Shown: positions 63,058-64,000 of the stretch, piece after piece
Position numbering within the stretch: the stretch's first letter is position 1
Layout of the letters: each line of letters begins with the position of its first letter
Origin: Azolla caroliniana
Taxonomy: Eukaryota; Plantae; Polypodiophyta
Reading direction: 5' to 3'
Assembly: GCA_043228905.1 (NCBI GenBank)
Contig: JBHGNT010000010.1
Span: forward strand, 21,142,001 to 21,206,000
DNA length: 64,000 nucleotides
Notes under the pieces: generated by a model
Seen by the model: only the letters and a program-made list of their open reading frames with translations
Told to the model about the DNA's origin: nothing
The model's database searches: none
Made by a program: the position numbers and the translations under genes

Positions 63058-64000
63058 TGTCGTGAAGAAAACCGTCCACAAGGGACATGGGAGATCCTAG
63101 GTAGGTAGATTCGGTAGGTAGGAAGTTAATAGGAAACGGCTCCCTTCTTCCCTATAAAAGGAGGGAGACGAGGAGGAGGAAGGGATCGCGAAGTAAGAGA
63201 AGACGAAGTGCTGTCGGATTGTGGGCCGAAGGCTTCTCTCTCTTCCAAACTCCATAGCTTCTTTCTGCGTAGGTTTCGGGAGGATCGCACTGCTCTGAGG
63301 AAGCCCGAGTGCTTCCAGCAGCACCACCAACCTACTCCTTTCTTTCTGTGCGTTTACGAACAGGCATCGGCATCTGTTCGCCGGCCTATTCGGTTGTAAC
63401 CGACTTCGTGTTCTTGTTGTTTGTCTTTGTTAATACATACATACATTCGTGTCTATCTGTGTCGCTGTCCCACTCACGTCTTTGTGTCGAAGGGCCGTGT
63501 CCCTGCGAATCTACGCTCGCACCTAGTGGGTTCCCTTCTCCTTTCTCTCTTGCTCTTTGGTACAAGACTCCCGAGGTCCCGCCTCATTCCACGCATCCGC
63601 GAGGAATACCTTGACATCTTGGTGAACCCGACGTGAAGGAGGCGGCAGAAGAGCAGAAGATGAAAGGGTCAGATCTTGCGGAGGCCATGGCTTCGGCCGT
63701 GGATCGGATATTGAGCGCACGCGAGGGCTCCGGCGCCCTCGACAGAGCCATTGAGGCGGTCGTCGGTACGATCGGCCAGTTCAGCGGAAAGGATGACACG
63801 AAGTATTTGGCGTCCTACGGGACAGAAATGCTGATGCGGGACATTCCGGAAGAGAGGCGTCTTGCCGGGTTTCCTCGAGTGGCGATGCCGAGCATCCATG
63901 CGGAGGTGCTTGAGGTGCGGGCGGAGAGCCGTACCTGGGAGGAGTTCGAAGGCCGACTCCTGGAAAAATACGGGTTGGACGACGCGCTCCGGCTTTCGAA
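63058..64000 (+). mobile_element. Trp-Gypsy element D, 5' end (LTR 63058-63616, PBS 63620-63637, gag start ~63660)
   Basis: TGTCGTGAAG...CTTGACA followed by TGGTGAACCCGACGTGAA. The gag MKGSDLAEAMASAV runs off the window. Confidence 0.9.

Overview
Eukaryotic plant genomic DNA, probably from a seedless land plant such as a fern (inferred from the element families present). Most of the window is retrotransposon. There are two deep nests. In 1-12.6 kb: Tork/Tnt1-like Copia < tRNA-Arg Gypsy < self-priming chromovirus < tRNA-Trp Gypsy LTR < tRNA-Trp Gypsy < Copia < Copia. In 27.4-64 kb: Copia < Copia < non-autonomous Trp-Gypsy A < Trp-Gypsy B < L1 < near-intact Tcn1-like chromovirus, with Trp-Gypsy C and D also inside A. 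Between the nests lies an older AT-rich island with LINE relics and one candidate host gene (16836-17552, minus strand, His/Gly-rich C-terminus). The most unusual signal is a tRNA-like Pol III A-box/B-box module lying antisense at the U3 edge of the LTR in three different chromovirus families. Other notable signals are a conserved -1 slippery site plus pseudoknot between protease and RT in the Trp-primed Gypsy family, an apparent 4-bp CpG-centred target preference for that family, a (TC)n-associated RTE-like LINE with a (TATC)n tail, and a fold-back of His repeats across the stop codon of the host gene. All boundaries were read by eye and no searches were run.
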